64,000 nucleotides of DNA from Oculina patagonica (lineage: Eukaryota): NCBI RefSeq assembly GCF_052425735.1, contig NC_135761.1:8432001-8496000 (forward strand), written 5' to 3'. This document shows, one piece after another, positions 10,415 to 24,081 of the stretch. Position numbers and translations under genes: made by a program. The notes under the pieces were generated by a model that had not been told where the DNA came from, made no database searches, and saw only the letters and a list, made by a program, of their open reading frames with translations. Position 1 is the first letter of the stretch; the number at the start of each line of letters is the position of its first letter.

Positions 10415-13154
10415 GATCGAGCACTGAGGCAAGTCTTGAGAGACTGGGTACTAGTCCAAAACAACATGGCGCCCGGGTGAAAAGTAACTTACCAGGCTTA
10501 TGAAAATGTGAAGCACTGAGGCCATCGCTTACGAGAAAGGTGGATACTAACTCCTTGCAGAATTGTTTATGAACATTATAACTACCGGGTAGACAGAAGT
10601 GAGCGACGTTTTCTCTTTCCAATCTGCACGTGAAGATACGCTTGAATTCGATCGATGATGAACATGTCAAGTGGCTTGTTTACCTTTTCTCACGCTGTAA
10701 GTCTGTATTTATGGGCACTAAATAGCCGGATAATTAACATCACGAACCACTTTAGATGCTAAAAGGTTTATTGGATTTATGTAAGCGGTATTTCACACGT
10801 CCTCAGCCGACCTATCCATCATGTTATGAAACTCGTTCTAAAACTTTCAGAACTTTGTTTTTGTTTTGCTCACATGTACCACATTTTTGTACGCTAAAAT
10901 CATACGTGCCGATTGAACTTAACATACTTTTTTTGACTTTAATTTATTATTTAGTAAATGTTCTACAAAATAATGGCTAATAGAACCATCAGAATAACGC
11001 CGCATCGGCGATATTCAAACGTAATTTTAACCTAAAATCTCTAGTGTCACGCATTGCCCGAAATACCTTATTTTTAAAATAGGTTTACTACTAAACGTGA
11101 GAGCGATGAAAAATCTTGATGATATCATTTAAATTGTACTAGGTGATACTAATTACAGTGGTATTTTTATATGGAAAGCTTCAATTCTTGCAGAGATATT
11201 TTGGTCGAAAGATGGGTCAAAATTTAGGTATTTTTTGGCTCAAAACCGACCATGGGCACGTTGACCACGATATCTTCCACACGTTAAAGAATTTTGCGAT
11301 AATATTCTACCTACAGCATTATCATCTCAATATGTAGCCCCATGCAAAATATAAAGGAAATCTGAGAGGGTCGATGTAGACTCAAATTTTAATATTGCAT
11401 GGATTTCATATGGACCCTCTCTTAAGTGATATCAATCGGTTTTCTAGAATTACTCTTTCGATAATGTGAGGCACTAACACTAGAACTTATCATCTGGATG
11501 TCAATCACGAGAACTGAAATTTATAACCATGGTTAGCCAAATTAAAATTATGCATTAACCGCATTTTTAAATAAGCCATTTTCAAGTCGCCTTTTACTTC
11601 TCACAGGGCGAAATGACACTTTTAAGGTTTCTTAAAGGTAACTTAAAGGTACAGTAAAGAATCATTTCCTGTACCTTTAAGTTTATCTTAAATTTCTTAA
11701 ATGTTTCTTTTCTTAATCTTTAAGTGGATCACTTAAATTCAGTAATGAACCATTTAATGCATCTTTAAGAAAAGTACTTAAAGATGCATTAAATGATGTT
11801 TTAAGAAATTTTAAGTGATAAATTAAAGGAATTAAATGAAATCTTTAAGATGCTTAGACGCATTAAATGTGACTTAAAGGTTAAGGAATGGTCGCGTTTA
11901 AGTGACTTAATGCGTTTAACTTAAAGGACCAGTAAAGACTGCTTTAAGAACATTTAAGTGGCAGCTTAAAGAACGAGAAAGGAATCTTTAGGATACTTTG
12001 CCACATTAAATGTCACTTAAATGTAATGGGAAGATAACCTTAATGTTCAAAGAGACTTTAAGTGGCAGCTTAAAGAACTGGAAAGGAATCTTTAAGATTC
12101 TATGCACTATTAAATGTCACTTAAATGTAATTGAAAGATAACCTTTAAGTTAATTTAAATGTTTCACTTAAAGGACCAGTAAGGAAAGATATCACTCTTT
12201 CAGATACGATGACACATCTAATGTCCATTAATTTTACTGTGAGGGAAAAATAACCTTTTACTGAGTTATTTGAATGTGATGTACATCATCATTAATGTAC
12301 ATCTGGGATCTGTAAAGAGTACAATCCAAAAGCAATGAATGTGCAAGTTAACATCAAGGGAATCTTCTTGCAAGGACCTTCTTAGCATTATGTTCACTAA
12401 CACAATTCACGTAAGATTTCAAAGTAATAAAAGTTTATTGTCTCTGTAATTCTTTTAATACAAACCTACATCAATAACTAAGGTGTTGACAGATCTACTT
12501 TTGTTGTAATTACAAAACAATCACAGTAAAAATTATCTCCATAAACTCAAAAATTCTTCATATAAAAGATAGATTCAATTTATATTGTAACTGTATGTGT
12601 TACTCGAATACCGGTGGGTGACCCTGCCTGGCAGAAATAAATACCCCTGCCAAATATAATAATTAATAAAAGGGAATGTGTGTCCAGCAGTAGCAATGAA
12701 ATAAATATTTGAGAGAATATTCAGGCTCCCGCTCAGAGCCTGAATTTTTTTCAGGTTTTCAGTAGTATGGCCGCATTTGCATCTCTCAAATATTTATAAT
12801 AATTCAACTTTTCCAATTTAGCTCTATAAATGAATAATATATTTATGTCCTAAATTATTAAAAAATATGCTAAATGTAACTGTTCCAATCATTTTTTTAA
12901 TGATAAATAAACATACAATATTTGTCACACATATGTTGCAAATTGCTTTATTTCAGTCTATGAAAGCTTAAAGGTTCCTAGTCAGCATCTGCCATCAATG
13001 GCATCGAATTCATAAAAATGTATGGTGAAGTGAAGCCTTATTGCATTGCTACAAGTTGCGTTATTGGGAGTCTGTTTAATTACCTTGAGCACTGAGTTTT
13101 TTGGTGAGCCTTTTCATTTAGACGTGCTCCCAGAAAAAATATAATACAGGAATT

Positions 13155-13193
<39 letters not shown>

Positions 13194-15317
13194 TCCTTTA
13201 AAGAAAAAAAAAACTGTCAAGGTAAGTTTGATGTATATATCTTGGAAAATAATCATTAACAAAAACCTCTGTAATTTTCAATTTCTACTGAAAAGACATA
13301 CCAGTATTGCTCCAATATTGATAATCTATCAGATATGTCAAATATTTCAAGAAAATATAATACTGTAAAATGTCATAGTCCCATTTAAGCTCTTTAAGAA
13401 CTGCTTTCTGTTTGTTCCAATTTCTCAACATGGTCTAATGCCAAGGCTTCTTTGATTAATCCCTACAAACAAAAATGATCATCACCATGTCAACACTTGA
13501 TAAAAAATATGTTTTTATACCATGCCAGGGAGGCGGACACCTCTCTAAGACAGACAGTTGAGGCCGGTCCAAATAGTGCCAACCTTACAGAGAGTTGACT
13601 GTATAACATACATTGTACAGTAACTGTTCTAATTGTTAACATCTAGGCTCTTTGATTGTAAATGCTTTTTATTCGATATTGTTTAAAAACACTGACAGAC
13701 TCAAACCACCACATTCCCATAGTAGTGTATGTTAAAATTGTAGTGTCCCAAAAGGTAAAGAAGTATGGGTTAGTTAGTGTAAGAAGTGGACAATAACAAG
13801 GTCCTGATTGAAGTTGTTTTAAAAAATATATAATTTTGGATAAATGGTCAATTTGCTATGAGATGTTGACCAAGCTATACATTGCCAGGGCTGTCACCAA
13901 GATTTGATGTTTCATGGCTCTACTAGCTATGGGTTAGTAGACAGCGAACTGAGCAGCAAAGCTGCAAGCAGCTAACAGTTTTGGTTCTATTATTCTGTGT
14001 AATTACACTGGTCTCATGTTGATATTAGCCTGGAAAATCTATGGCCCCTGGCCTTAGAAGAACAGCTCCCTGTAACCGACTGTGGGTCAACTGTCAGCCA
14101 ACAGGTTACCGACACGCCACCGACAGTCTACTGACAATTTTTCCAAAACAGAAATTTTACTTTTACAAAGTTCAATTTGTAATAAATATATCGGTTGACA
14201 GACGACTGACAGTCAACCAACAATTAAAAGGGAGCTGTTTTTTCACAAGTACACCAAAATTTTCCATATACACCATATAAAAGCATGTAATTGTATCAAT
14301 GTTGTGTACTTATATGATAAATGGTGAAATTTAATTTTATAGAATATACACTATGTGCCATAACAACTGTGATAGAAAGTTAGTATATTGGGAAAAACAT
14401 GCATTGTTTTTATTTCTTATTAGTCTCATATTTGTGAGATTTTTACAAAGATTTCTATGCATGGTAGTTACCGGGTAACTCAGGTTATGCCCTGGTCAAC
14501 AACTCATAACTGTTCAAAAGTAGACTTAAAAAAAATTGAATGACCTTGGATTAATGGTAAAGTTCAGGAAATATTTTTTTTTTTTGGAATGCAATGCAGA
14601 GCTAGCTGTCACTATAGGGCCAGGGGCCGCAGATTTCTTGGGCAAAAATACATATTAACATGAGCCCAGTGTAGTTACACTGTAAAACAAAACGAAACCT
14701 CTTTGCTTCTTACAATTTTGCTGTTCAGTTGCCTACTCTGAGAATGCTAGCTAAATTGTTGTTTACTCTAGTTTTCATGTTAGGCAAATCTTTTCAAGAT
14801 TTAGTGGCAACTAGTGTTTCCAGTGAAATCTCACCTCTCCTTTCCTGCCTTGTTGCCTGCATTTTTTGCTTTGTTTGGACATAGCCGCAGCACTCGAGTG
14901 CCCCTAAAAATAAAATATATATATTTTTTAGATTTGGTAAATCAAATACATGAAAACATTATAGTAAAGAATCAACACTTTTACCATCATTAGCATGTTA
15001 TTCTCAAGACATACAATAAAATAAGATATGCGATGAGATTAAAGTAAGACAAGTACAAGCAAGAACACTTACCTCAATTTAGGCCTTTTTCCATATATTC
15101 AGTTTTTGTCTCTTGATTACTCTTACTAGTGTGTTTACATTTCTTGCTGAGTTGCATGACTGTCAACTAAAGCAAAAACAAAAAAAATGTTTCTAATTGC
15201 CTCAATGATTCAGAGGTTTTATACATGGAAAATACACTAGATGTAATCATCTGTAACACTGTTTTTCATTTTATTAAGATGCCTTTCTATCCTTTTCTGG
15301 ATGAGGTGAACCTTTTG

Positions 15318-15448
15318 GATTAGGTTTCTGGGAAACTGCTCACCTACCCCTCCCCAAACCTAACATTTTGCCCAAAGCGATAAGTAAGGGTTAATGTTAG
15401 GTTTGGGGAGGGGTAGGTGAGCACTTTCCCAGAAACCTAAATTGATCC
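15318..15448. mobile_element. Palindromic MITE
   Basis: TAGGTTTCTGGGAAACTGCTCACCTACCCCTCCCCAAACCTAACATT ... AATGTTAGGTTTGGGGAGGGGTAGGTGAGCACTTTCCCAGAAACCTA hairpin. Confidence 0.7.
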
Positions 15449-15800
15449 AACCTTTTTTTTGGAAGGGCAGAAAGATGATAGTAAATTGCCCTGACAAACA
15501 AATTAAAGCCAACTGCAAACAAACCTTGTCAAGCTATCTGCAAACAAACTGGTGTAAAGCTAACTGCAAGAAAACCAGGCTGAACATTACTGAACGCAAA
15601 CTAATGACATTCCCTTATACTGCTATTCCGCTGAATAGGCCATTTTTAAAAATACCATAATACTCTTTGTTGTCCCTCCAAAATTTTGCATATGCATTGT
15701 TTTAAATTTCTCTTGGGACAGCAAGAGATATTGAAAACAATGCTTATGTAAAATTTTGGAGGGACAGCAAAGAGTGTTGTGTTGAAAATGGCCCAAAGGG

Positions 15801-16110
15801 CAGGGCTCAAAATAATGGCTGGTCAATGGACAATGTCCAGCCAAGATGACAATTTGTCCGGACAAAGTTTCAGTTTGTCCCTCATTTTGACCGGTCACGT
15901 ACATTGCTTTGAGAATGATAACTGATTACCAGAAGGGTATTACAAAGTGATCTATTTATAAAAGTTGCAGCTAAAACAGCAGAAATGAGTGGTAGTTTAA
16001 AAGTGCTATTTTCAACATTTTGACCGTTCAGAAACGACACATGACCAAGCTAAAATCTGTCTGGCTGGACAACATGACCGGCAACTGTCCGAAAATTATT
16101 TTGAGCCCTG
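15801..16110. mobile_element. hAT-like MITE
   Basis: TIR CAGGGCTCAAAATAAT / ATTATTTTGAGCCCTG; no clean TSD. Confidence 0.6.
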
Positions 16111-19100
16111 TGGGGCCAGCATCCTCTAGATGCAACCTAATGATCCTGTGATGAATATTCAACTTAAGTTTCCTAAGAATTAAAAAAGGATGATGTTAAT
16201 AATGTTCCTCTGTTCTGAACTCATATACTCAGGACCTTTCTCCTCAGCCGTTTGGTCTATGGCCCTCGCCACCTTTCTTACCCTTCCCCACCCAAAACAC
16301 CTCACTCCTTCCTCCCTAAATATGACAATGACAATAATTTGCTTTGCAATGAAATAGACAGGGCAATAAGAAATTTCCCTGAAGTGTCCCTTCTGTGTCT
16401 ATCAGAAAACTTTTCGTGATTTTGTCTATAAGAAATTCGGTGTCTGGCATTAATAATTAATTAGCAGAAAACAGAATGCAAACTTTACACTCAAGGCTAG
16501 CCTACTACGCACTCTGCATTTTGCACTCTGCAGTCTGCAAATGTCAGACACTGAAGAATTTTTTTTAAGAAAACACAAAGAAGCCATAATAAGTTCAGAT
16601 TTATAACATGATTTCTCAATACAAAGATTCGAAATTACACTGTTTGCTGTCAGTGTAATAATGCAGTGCTAATAATTTTATTTTCCAAAACAAAATCATC
16701 ATTTGTTTAGTTTAGCTTATCTAAGATAAAGTGGTTTTAAGCCTTCAGTTCAAAATAATGCTAAAATCAGGACACTGTTCCTCGATATAGAATAGAATCC
16801 ACAACCGCAGCCAACAACAGTTAAATTTAGGCTTCCTGTGTGACTCTGGCATATAAAACTAGACTGCCAGACTCATGACTGGGCTGAATATAACGACCGA
16901 TCAGTTATAAGCTGACTATAAACATCTGAAAGCAAAATTATAATCCCATAAGATACACGGAACATTCATTTTGTTTTGAATATATATTAAATGGTGTACA
17001 TTCGGTAATTAATAAAGTAAACTGGTGATATAACACAAAATGAAGTTCGAACACTTACCCGACAGCTTTTCAGAACTTCGACTTTTTGTTTCTGCGAGTC
17101 ATCGATTCCCTTGTGTCGTGTTTTGGCTCATTTCTTTCAGGCGATTCAGCTCTTACAGTACTCCACCGAGCATTCTCTTCGCGAGCTTGCATTTCTACAG
17201 TAATTTCTCGTTTTCGACTAGTACTTCTTTGATTTTTGCAGCGTTTCTTCGAAAAGATCATTGCACTCCTCTTTGATCTCCGCCATGATCGCCGAAATAA
17301 CGTAACGTATTTCAAGATTTTGGCGCTCAAATATGAATTATTGCTAATGTCTTGGGGAGGGGGTGAGTAGGGAAAGTTTTTCGCCGGCGTTGGCGTTCTC
17401 CAGCGTACCATCTTTAAATATATCAACAAAAAACACCGGAAGATAAATTATTTTGTTTATTTAAAGTAAATAAGCATTCGGAAAAAGGAAAGAAATAGGG
17501 TAGCTGGGCAGATAGACTAAAGATTAATATTTCTACCCCCGGGACGGTCGGTATTATATTCGTCCTTTCCCCAGTCTTCGGGCGGCATATTTATGCAGAA
17601 GGATTTGGCGCCAAGAATCACGCTTTTTCGAGGGGTAGTAGCTTGGGATATCATTAAGATGTTATTGTGCAAACAAAATTTGTTTCAACTGACTTCATCT
17701 ACTTTTTTCTTGTGTTTTAAATCATTTACTTTTTCTCTTAGTGTGGAAAAATATGTATTATCAAAAGTTTATGATCCAATCACCGGATAGTGTAATTTAA
17801 CTGACGTCCCACCCCTGGATAAAATAGTTTTGATTCGCGCGTAAAAGAGTCATTTCGCGCGAATCTCTTGTTTGTTAGAGACCAGAGCGAAATGCAGTCA
17901 AAGCAATGCGTTGTGCGTCCACATCATTGTCAGGAAAGCTCTTCATGGTCCACCTTTCGGCTTTCGGAGGCATCATTCTACTGGGGACAAATTCTACTGG
18001 GGTCAAAACTGAAATGGAAGCGCGAAGTGACGACTTCAAGCAGTTGAATTCTCGGTGAATTTCGTTAGCTGCGACGAGTGCTCAAATATTTATTCATGCG
18101 AATTATCGATCCGGTTATTCCGATTTCCGGCAATTTCTAGCTTCTCGATGCTGTATAACCATTTTGAAGTCATTATAGTGAAATGCTGTTCTAGTGGAAG
18201 ATTTCACTCCTCACAAGATGGCAATCTGTATATATGGTTCGGTATCAAATACATTGTTGATTTTGTTTCGGCGACTTGAAATGGGGAATTACAGCGACAG
18301 TAGACACCGAACGGGTGCCTTACATCGACAGCCGCTTTGCTTTTCAAAAATGTCTCGAGGTCTTGCAGTTGGTACAGATTTCTTTTACGCACGCAAACAA
18401 AATTGTTCTGTCGTCGATCGGTGGTGAATGTCCGTTTTGGTCTGTAGTACTGAAGCACGTGGTCCTCAGTGAAAGCTGCTGGCATGCATGTATGCAACCA
18501 GGAAAATATTAGTCGCGTCTGTTTATAGGAGTTTTGACATTGTGGATCATTCATTCTTTAAATCATTCACGAGTGAGGAGGATTCCAGGTAAGTTTGTTA
18601 CATACATTGTTTTAACGAACGATAATGCAACAGTGTATGCTATTATGTTGTGTGACATTGCGTGACCATTGTGTGACCTATATGATTGTTTCAGATAACC
18701 TGCAAAGCTATCGTTTTAATTAGACCTGTACTATCGTGGTTAGTGTATAAATGATGGTTACAGATAACTTGCAACACTTTCGCTTAAATCCATGACGAGC
18801 TAAGCTCTCAAAAAAATTCTGTCCAGGAGGTATTTTATTTTTTACGGCATGCCAGGAAATTTGAAATGAAACCAGTGTGATTGTTAGGATATGTTGGTGT
18901 GTCACGCAGTTTTTGCTTTGGCAGTTTTTTTCATACAGTTTGATGTAACCTGCAAATCTAATACTGCCTGCTTATATTTTTCATCAGTACTGGTGGGTGG
19001 CACACCTTACACAGTTCGATGTCACCAGTAATACTAATAGAAGAGCTGCGCGTAATATTTACGTATTTAATCGATTAAGCGCCCAACCTCAAATAACTGC

Positions 19101-19789
19101 CCACCTCGAAAAAGCACCCACCCTGTAGGTAGGAAAAGTTAATAGATGCCCAGCCTCGAATAAGTGCCCACTCAACCCCACCCTCCCCCCCCCCCACCTC
19201 CCTTTAAAAAATACTGAAGTGCACAAGGGGAATACTTTGATTATTATTGACATTGAGATTGAAATTGACTAAGTACTACTAAGAGGGTTCTCCGAAGACC
19301 GAGTTTTCTTAGCATTTTATAGACACTTTCAATGAACAGTTGCTTTGTGCAACTTCATGTTTTATTATTATTCATTGTTTTGTTGTAAAACAAACTTTCT
19401 ACTTTCAAGAAATGGCGAAAATGTAATAAGCGCCCAGCCTCGAATAAGTGTCCACCTCGAATAAGCGCCCACTCTCAAGGTCCAAAAATTTAATAAGTGC
19501 CAGGGCGCTTGATCGAATAAATACAGTACTTCATAGGAACTGGCGGTTGGCGCACCTCATACAGTTCGATGTAACCTGCGATTTTAAGACAACAAAATCA
19601 ACCCAGAATCCAGCTAATATCTGTTTTTTTTTACAGAGATACCGCAACTGGCACCTTACTGTACATTGCAGTAGTTCAAGGTGTGAACTACTTACTTATG
19701 TTTCTGATTTCAATCCCCTAAATGGAGAAATATTCTCTACTAAGAAGATTAAGATTTAATTTGCATAATTTTTTTGGAGGACTAAGCTC

Positions 19790-21800
19790 GCCATGGTCCT
19801 GTACTATCACGGGTAGTGTCTACCTTTTGGTTACAGACACCTTGCAAGACTGTCGCTTTAATTTGTCCTATACTGTTGTGGGTAGTGTATACCTGACAGT
19901 TATAGATAACTTGCAAAACTATTGCTTTAATCAGTTCTATACTGTCGTGGGTAGAGTATACCTGTCGGATATAGATAACATGCACAACTTTTGCTTTAAT
20001 CAGTTCTATACTGTCGTGGGTAGAGTATACCTGTCGGATATAGATAACATGCAAAACTATTGCTTTAATCAGTTCTATACTGTCGTGGGTAGAGTATACC
20101 TGTCGGATATAGATAACATGCACAACTATTGCTTTAATCAGTTCTATACTGTCGTGGGTAGAGTATACCTGTCGGATATAGATAACATGCAAAACTATTG
20201 CTTTTAACAGTCCTATACTGTCGTGGGTAGAGTATACCTGACGGTTATAGCTAACATGCACAACTATTGCTTTAATCAGTTCTATACTGTCGTGGGTAGA
20301 GTATACCTGACGGTTATAGATAACATGCACAACTATCGCTTTAATCAATTCTATACTGTCATGGGTAGCGTATACCTGACGGCTATTAATAACATGCAAA
20401 ACTATTGCTTTAATCAGTTCTATACTGTCGTTGGTAGAGTATACCTGACGGTTATAGATAACTTGCAAAACTATTGCTTTTATCAGTCCTATACTGTCGT
20501 GGGTAGAGTATACCTTACGGTTATAGATAACATGCAAAACTATCGCTTTAATCAGTTCTATACTGTCGTGGGTAGAGTATACCTGACGGTTATAGATAAC
20601 ATGCAAAACTATTGCTTTTAACAGTCCTATACTGTCGTGGGTAGAGTATACCTGACGGTTATAGATAACATGCAAAACTATTGCTTTAATCAGTTCTATA
20701 CTGTCGTGGGTAGAGTATACCTGTCGGATATAGATAACATGCACAACTATTGCTTTAATCAGTTCTATACTGTCGTGGGTAGAGTATACCTGACGGTTAT
20801 AGATAACATGCAAAACTATTGCTTTAATCAGTTCTATACTGTCGTGGGTAGAGTATACCTGACGGTTATAGATAACTAACAAAACTATTGCTTTAATCAG
20901 TTCTATACTGTCGTGGGTAGAGTATACCTGACGGTTATAGATAACATGCACAACTATTGCTTTAATCAGTTCTATACTGTCGTTGGTAGAGTATACCTGA
21001 CGGTTATAGATAACATGCAAAACTATTGCTTTAATCAGTTCTATACTGTCGTGGGTAGAGTATACCTGACGGTTATAGATAACTAACAAAACTATTGCTT
21101 TAATCAGTTCTATACTGTCATGGGTAGAGTATACCTGACGGTTATAGATAACATGCAAAACTATTGCTTTAATCAGTTCTATACTGTCGTGGGTAGAGTA
21201 TACCTGACGGTTATAGATAACATGCAAAACTATTGCTTTAATCAGTTCTATACTGTCATGGGTAGTGTATACCTGACGGTTATAGATAACATGCAAAACT
21301 ATTGCTTTAATCAGTTCTATACTGTTGTGGGTAGAGTATACCTGACGGTTATAGATAACATGCAAAACTATTGCTTTAATCAGTTCTATACTGTTGTGGG
21401 TAGAGTATACCTGACGGTTATAGATAACATGCACAACTATCGCTTTAATCAGTTCTATACTGTCGTGGGTAGTGTATACCTGACGGTTATAGATAACATG
21501 CACAACTATCGCTTTAATCAGTTCTCTACTGTCGTGGGTAGAGTATACCTGACGGTTATAGATAACATGCACAACTATCGCTTTAATCAGTTCTATACTG
21601 CCGTGGGTAGTGTATACCTGACGGTTATAGCTAACATGCAAAACAATTGCTTTAATCAGACCTGAACTATCATGGGTAGAGTATACCTAATAGTCACAGA
21701 TAACTGCAAATCTATGGCTTTAATCAGTCCTCTACTGTCATGGGTAACATATACCTGATTGTTTCAGATAACTTGCAAAGCTTTTGCTTTAATCAGTCCT
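19790..21800. repeat. 69-bp minisatellite, about 28-29 copies
   Basis: Unit TTTAATCAGTTCTATACTGTCGTGGGTAGAGTATACCTGACGGTTATAGATAACATGCAAAACTATTGC, head-to-tail. Edges are degenerate; diverged copies also at ~18680-18800. Confidence 0.97.
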
Positions 21801-22783
21801 GAAATGTTATCAGTTCACTTGCAAATGCCAGGGCATTAATTAGTTTCCCCTTTATAATCAGTTCTGGTAAAAGAGGGTTTATTGTCAATAATAAAAGCAA
21901 GGAATGCTTCTTTTTAAAAAACAAGGTCGATAATTACATTGAGCCGAATTTGATGATCTAGTAGAAGTGTACACGGCGACATTTTTTGTTCAAAACAGCA
22001 CATCTAGACTTTCACATTTTCGGAACATTGTAACACATACACACACCACCTTTATTTCTCCTCGGATTTATGAGGGTAGCTATAAATATTGTATTGTTGC
22101 TGCGAATTACTTTAGTAACATCGCCTGGAGAAGATCAAGAATTCAAGAATTAAAACTTACTTTGTAACCCAAAGTGACTTCGAAGCACCCTGACTCTTAA
22201 AGGTGTCATTACAATTACCAAAGAAGTTCCTCAATTTGGACAATTGGACCTTTACGGCATCTTAATTTAAAAGGTTTTCATACGAAATGAAGATTTTTGT
22301 GATCTTTAAGTGCTATTTGAGTGCCTCTTAAAGATCAGAAAAACTGTCATTTTATTCTGTGGGGTACCTTTAAGATACAATTTAAATACTTTTAAAGATA
22401 CATATCCGCCATTTTTATTGGAAAAGCTTTCTCTCAAAGGTATAATTCTTTACTTCACCTTTAATATGCAAATTAAAGACTATTAAAGGAATCATTACAT
22501 TTACCTTACCTTTAAGTAGAAAATTAAATTTCTTAAAGGAATTATTAACTTTAAGTTCCGATTTGGACCTTTAAGGTCTCTTAAAGGTCACTTAAAGGGA
22601 GCTTAGACCTTTAATAACTTTAAGAGATTTTAATGCTTAACTTAAAGATTTTTATTATCTTTAAGTGACATTTAATTTTCTCTTAAAGATCAGGAAATTT
22701 GCCATTTCGCCCTGTGTCTGTCTCAAACTGAATCCTGATACACAACCTCTCATGTTTAAATGTGTTTGATTTACAAGACAACG

Positions 22784-24081
22784 CAGGCCCGTAGGCTGGT
22801 TTTTGCCCGGGTAGGTTCGTTTTCTTTTAGAACGGACCATTAGTTACCAGTGTCCCACTAATTTAAAAAAAAATACCGTTACTGAAGAAGATTTTCCAGT
22901 TGTACTCGACGGGGGTGAAGGTGGGCGTAACAGTTGACTACCGTGTCTAGCTCCACGGGGGTATCGTAGTGAATGTGCAGAAGCGCAAGGTTGGACAACC
23001 TTTCTTTTCCCATTGACGCTCGCATGTAGTTATTCAGTCGTCGCAACGTGCTTGCACTTCGTTCACATTCGCATGATGTTACTGGTATGGTGCAGGCAAT
23101 TTTTAGAAGAATGCTGATGTTTGGAAAGAGGTCATCATCACAATCTTTGATTGCCACTGCAGGTGAAGCTGGCCTTAATTCCGGTTCCATCGCCAGGTAT
23201 CGACCTCTCCATCGCATAAGCTCCATTTCAAACATTTCAGGGGAGGGGAGATCATCATTGTACTTGTTAACAGCTGCTTCAAGATTAACATTCTTTGAAC
23301 AGAGAACACTTGGTACGAGACCAAGCAGTGACGCGGCAACGGTCGCCGAAGGTGAAAACTGCTCATTGATGCACATGATGATGTGATCAAGGAGAGGAAT
23401 TGCCACGTTTCGTTGGAAATAAATTTTAGGATTTTGAGCCTCGGTATTGGAACGATGCTGTTGTCTCGACGTAATTCGAGGCATTTCGGCAGCAGTGCCC
23501 ACCTTTTCTGCCATTGCAACACTTTGAGTGTAAACAGCTGAAAAGGTTTTGTCACAATCTTCCCTTTGTTTTCGGTAGAAACTAGCAACTTCTGTGATCA
23601 TGCCATGGGCCTCCACGATGTCAAGAGCTGCTCTCTGTAGCTTAACCGTGATTCCAGCCAGGTGCGACAAATATTGGTACACTGCCATAAACACGACAAT
23701 GAACTCAAAGGACGTAATACTTGCCAAAGTTTGTTGGGCTTCATTACGGCGACATATTCAAATCGGTGAAATCAACATCAGTTATAACTTGAGTCACACT
23801 TTGCTAATGGTTCCAGTCTGAAAACCGAAAAAGAGGGGAATACACGAGAAACGTTTGAAAATTAGTCGATATTGTTGAAAATCAATACAAATAACGTCAG
23901 TATGTTTTTATTTTTATTTTATTATGCGCGTAGGCCATATGTATGCTGTACCATTCAGACCGGACCTTTAATGCTGTACCATTCAGACCGGTACATTAAT
24001 GCTACACCATTCAGACCGGACCTTTTCAGGCGGTGGGGGGGGTTCGTCCGAACCCCCCGAACCCCCCAGCCTACGGGCCTG
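22784..24081 (-). mobile_element. Internally deleted hAT transposon with 5-bp TSD (hAT5-like)
   Basis: TIR CAGGCCCGTAGGCTGG / CCAGCCTACGGGCCTG; TSD CAACG at 22779-22783 and 24082-24086; contains the transposase C-terminus. Confidence 0.85.
22879..23727 (-). pseudogene. hAT transposase C-terminal fragment (THAP12/ZMYM-like, dimerisation domain)
   Basis: FPNISILLKIACTIPVTSCECERSASTLRRLNNYMRASMGKERLSNLALLHIH motif; no ATG start; N-terminal catalytic part missing. Confidence 0.88.

Larger units (their letters stand above)
6049..11421. mobile_element. Old TTAA-flanked DNA transposon (Kolobok-like) with nested insertions
   Basis: TTAA at 6045-6048 and 11422-11425. Imperfect ~80-bp TIRs GAGTGAGTCC..CCATGCA..GAGTCTACA..GATTTCC vs GGAAATC..TGTAGACTC..TGCATGG..GGACCCTCTC. 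No intact ORF. Confidence 0.6.
12950..17286 (-). pseudogene. Decayed multi-exon gene inside the CACTA element (possible accessory ORF)
   Basis: GT-AG-bounded segments 17059-17286 (MAEIKEECNDLFEETLQK.., coiled-coil-like, with stops and a frameshift), 15073-15166 and 14714-14903 (..KQKMQATRQERRGEI..*). Further candidate exons near 13364-13462 and ~13080. Confidence 0.45.
11602..22716. mobile_element. 11.1-kb CACTA/EnSpm (CMC)-type DNA transposon, defective
   Basis: TIRs CACAGGGCGAAATG / CATTTCGCCCTGTG; 3-bp TSD TCT at 11599-11601 and 22717-22719. Long TTAAAG/CTTTAA subterminal arrays at ~11620-12180 and ~22190-22690. Decayed spliced gene inside. Confidence 0.85.

Noticed and set aside
18055-18590. 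Transposase first exon of the CACTA element
   Set aside because: The region is GC-richer and has a donor-like CAGGTAAG at ~18590, but no continuous frame or recognisable transposase motif.
19790-21800. CRISPR array, or a genuine 619-aa repeat protein
   Set aside because: Units are head-to-tail with no unique spacers, there are no cas genes and the context is eukaryotic. The long ORF follows from a 69-bp (3n) unit lacking a stop in one frame.
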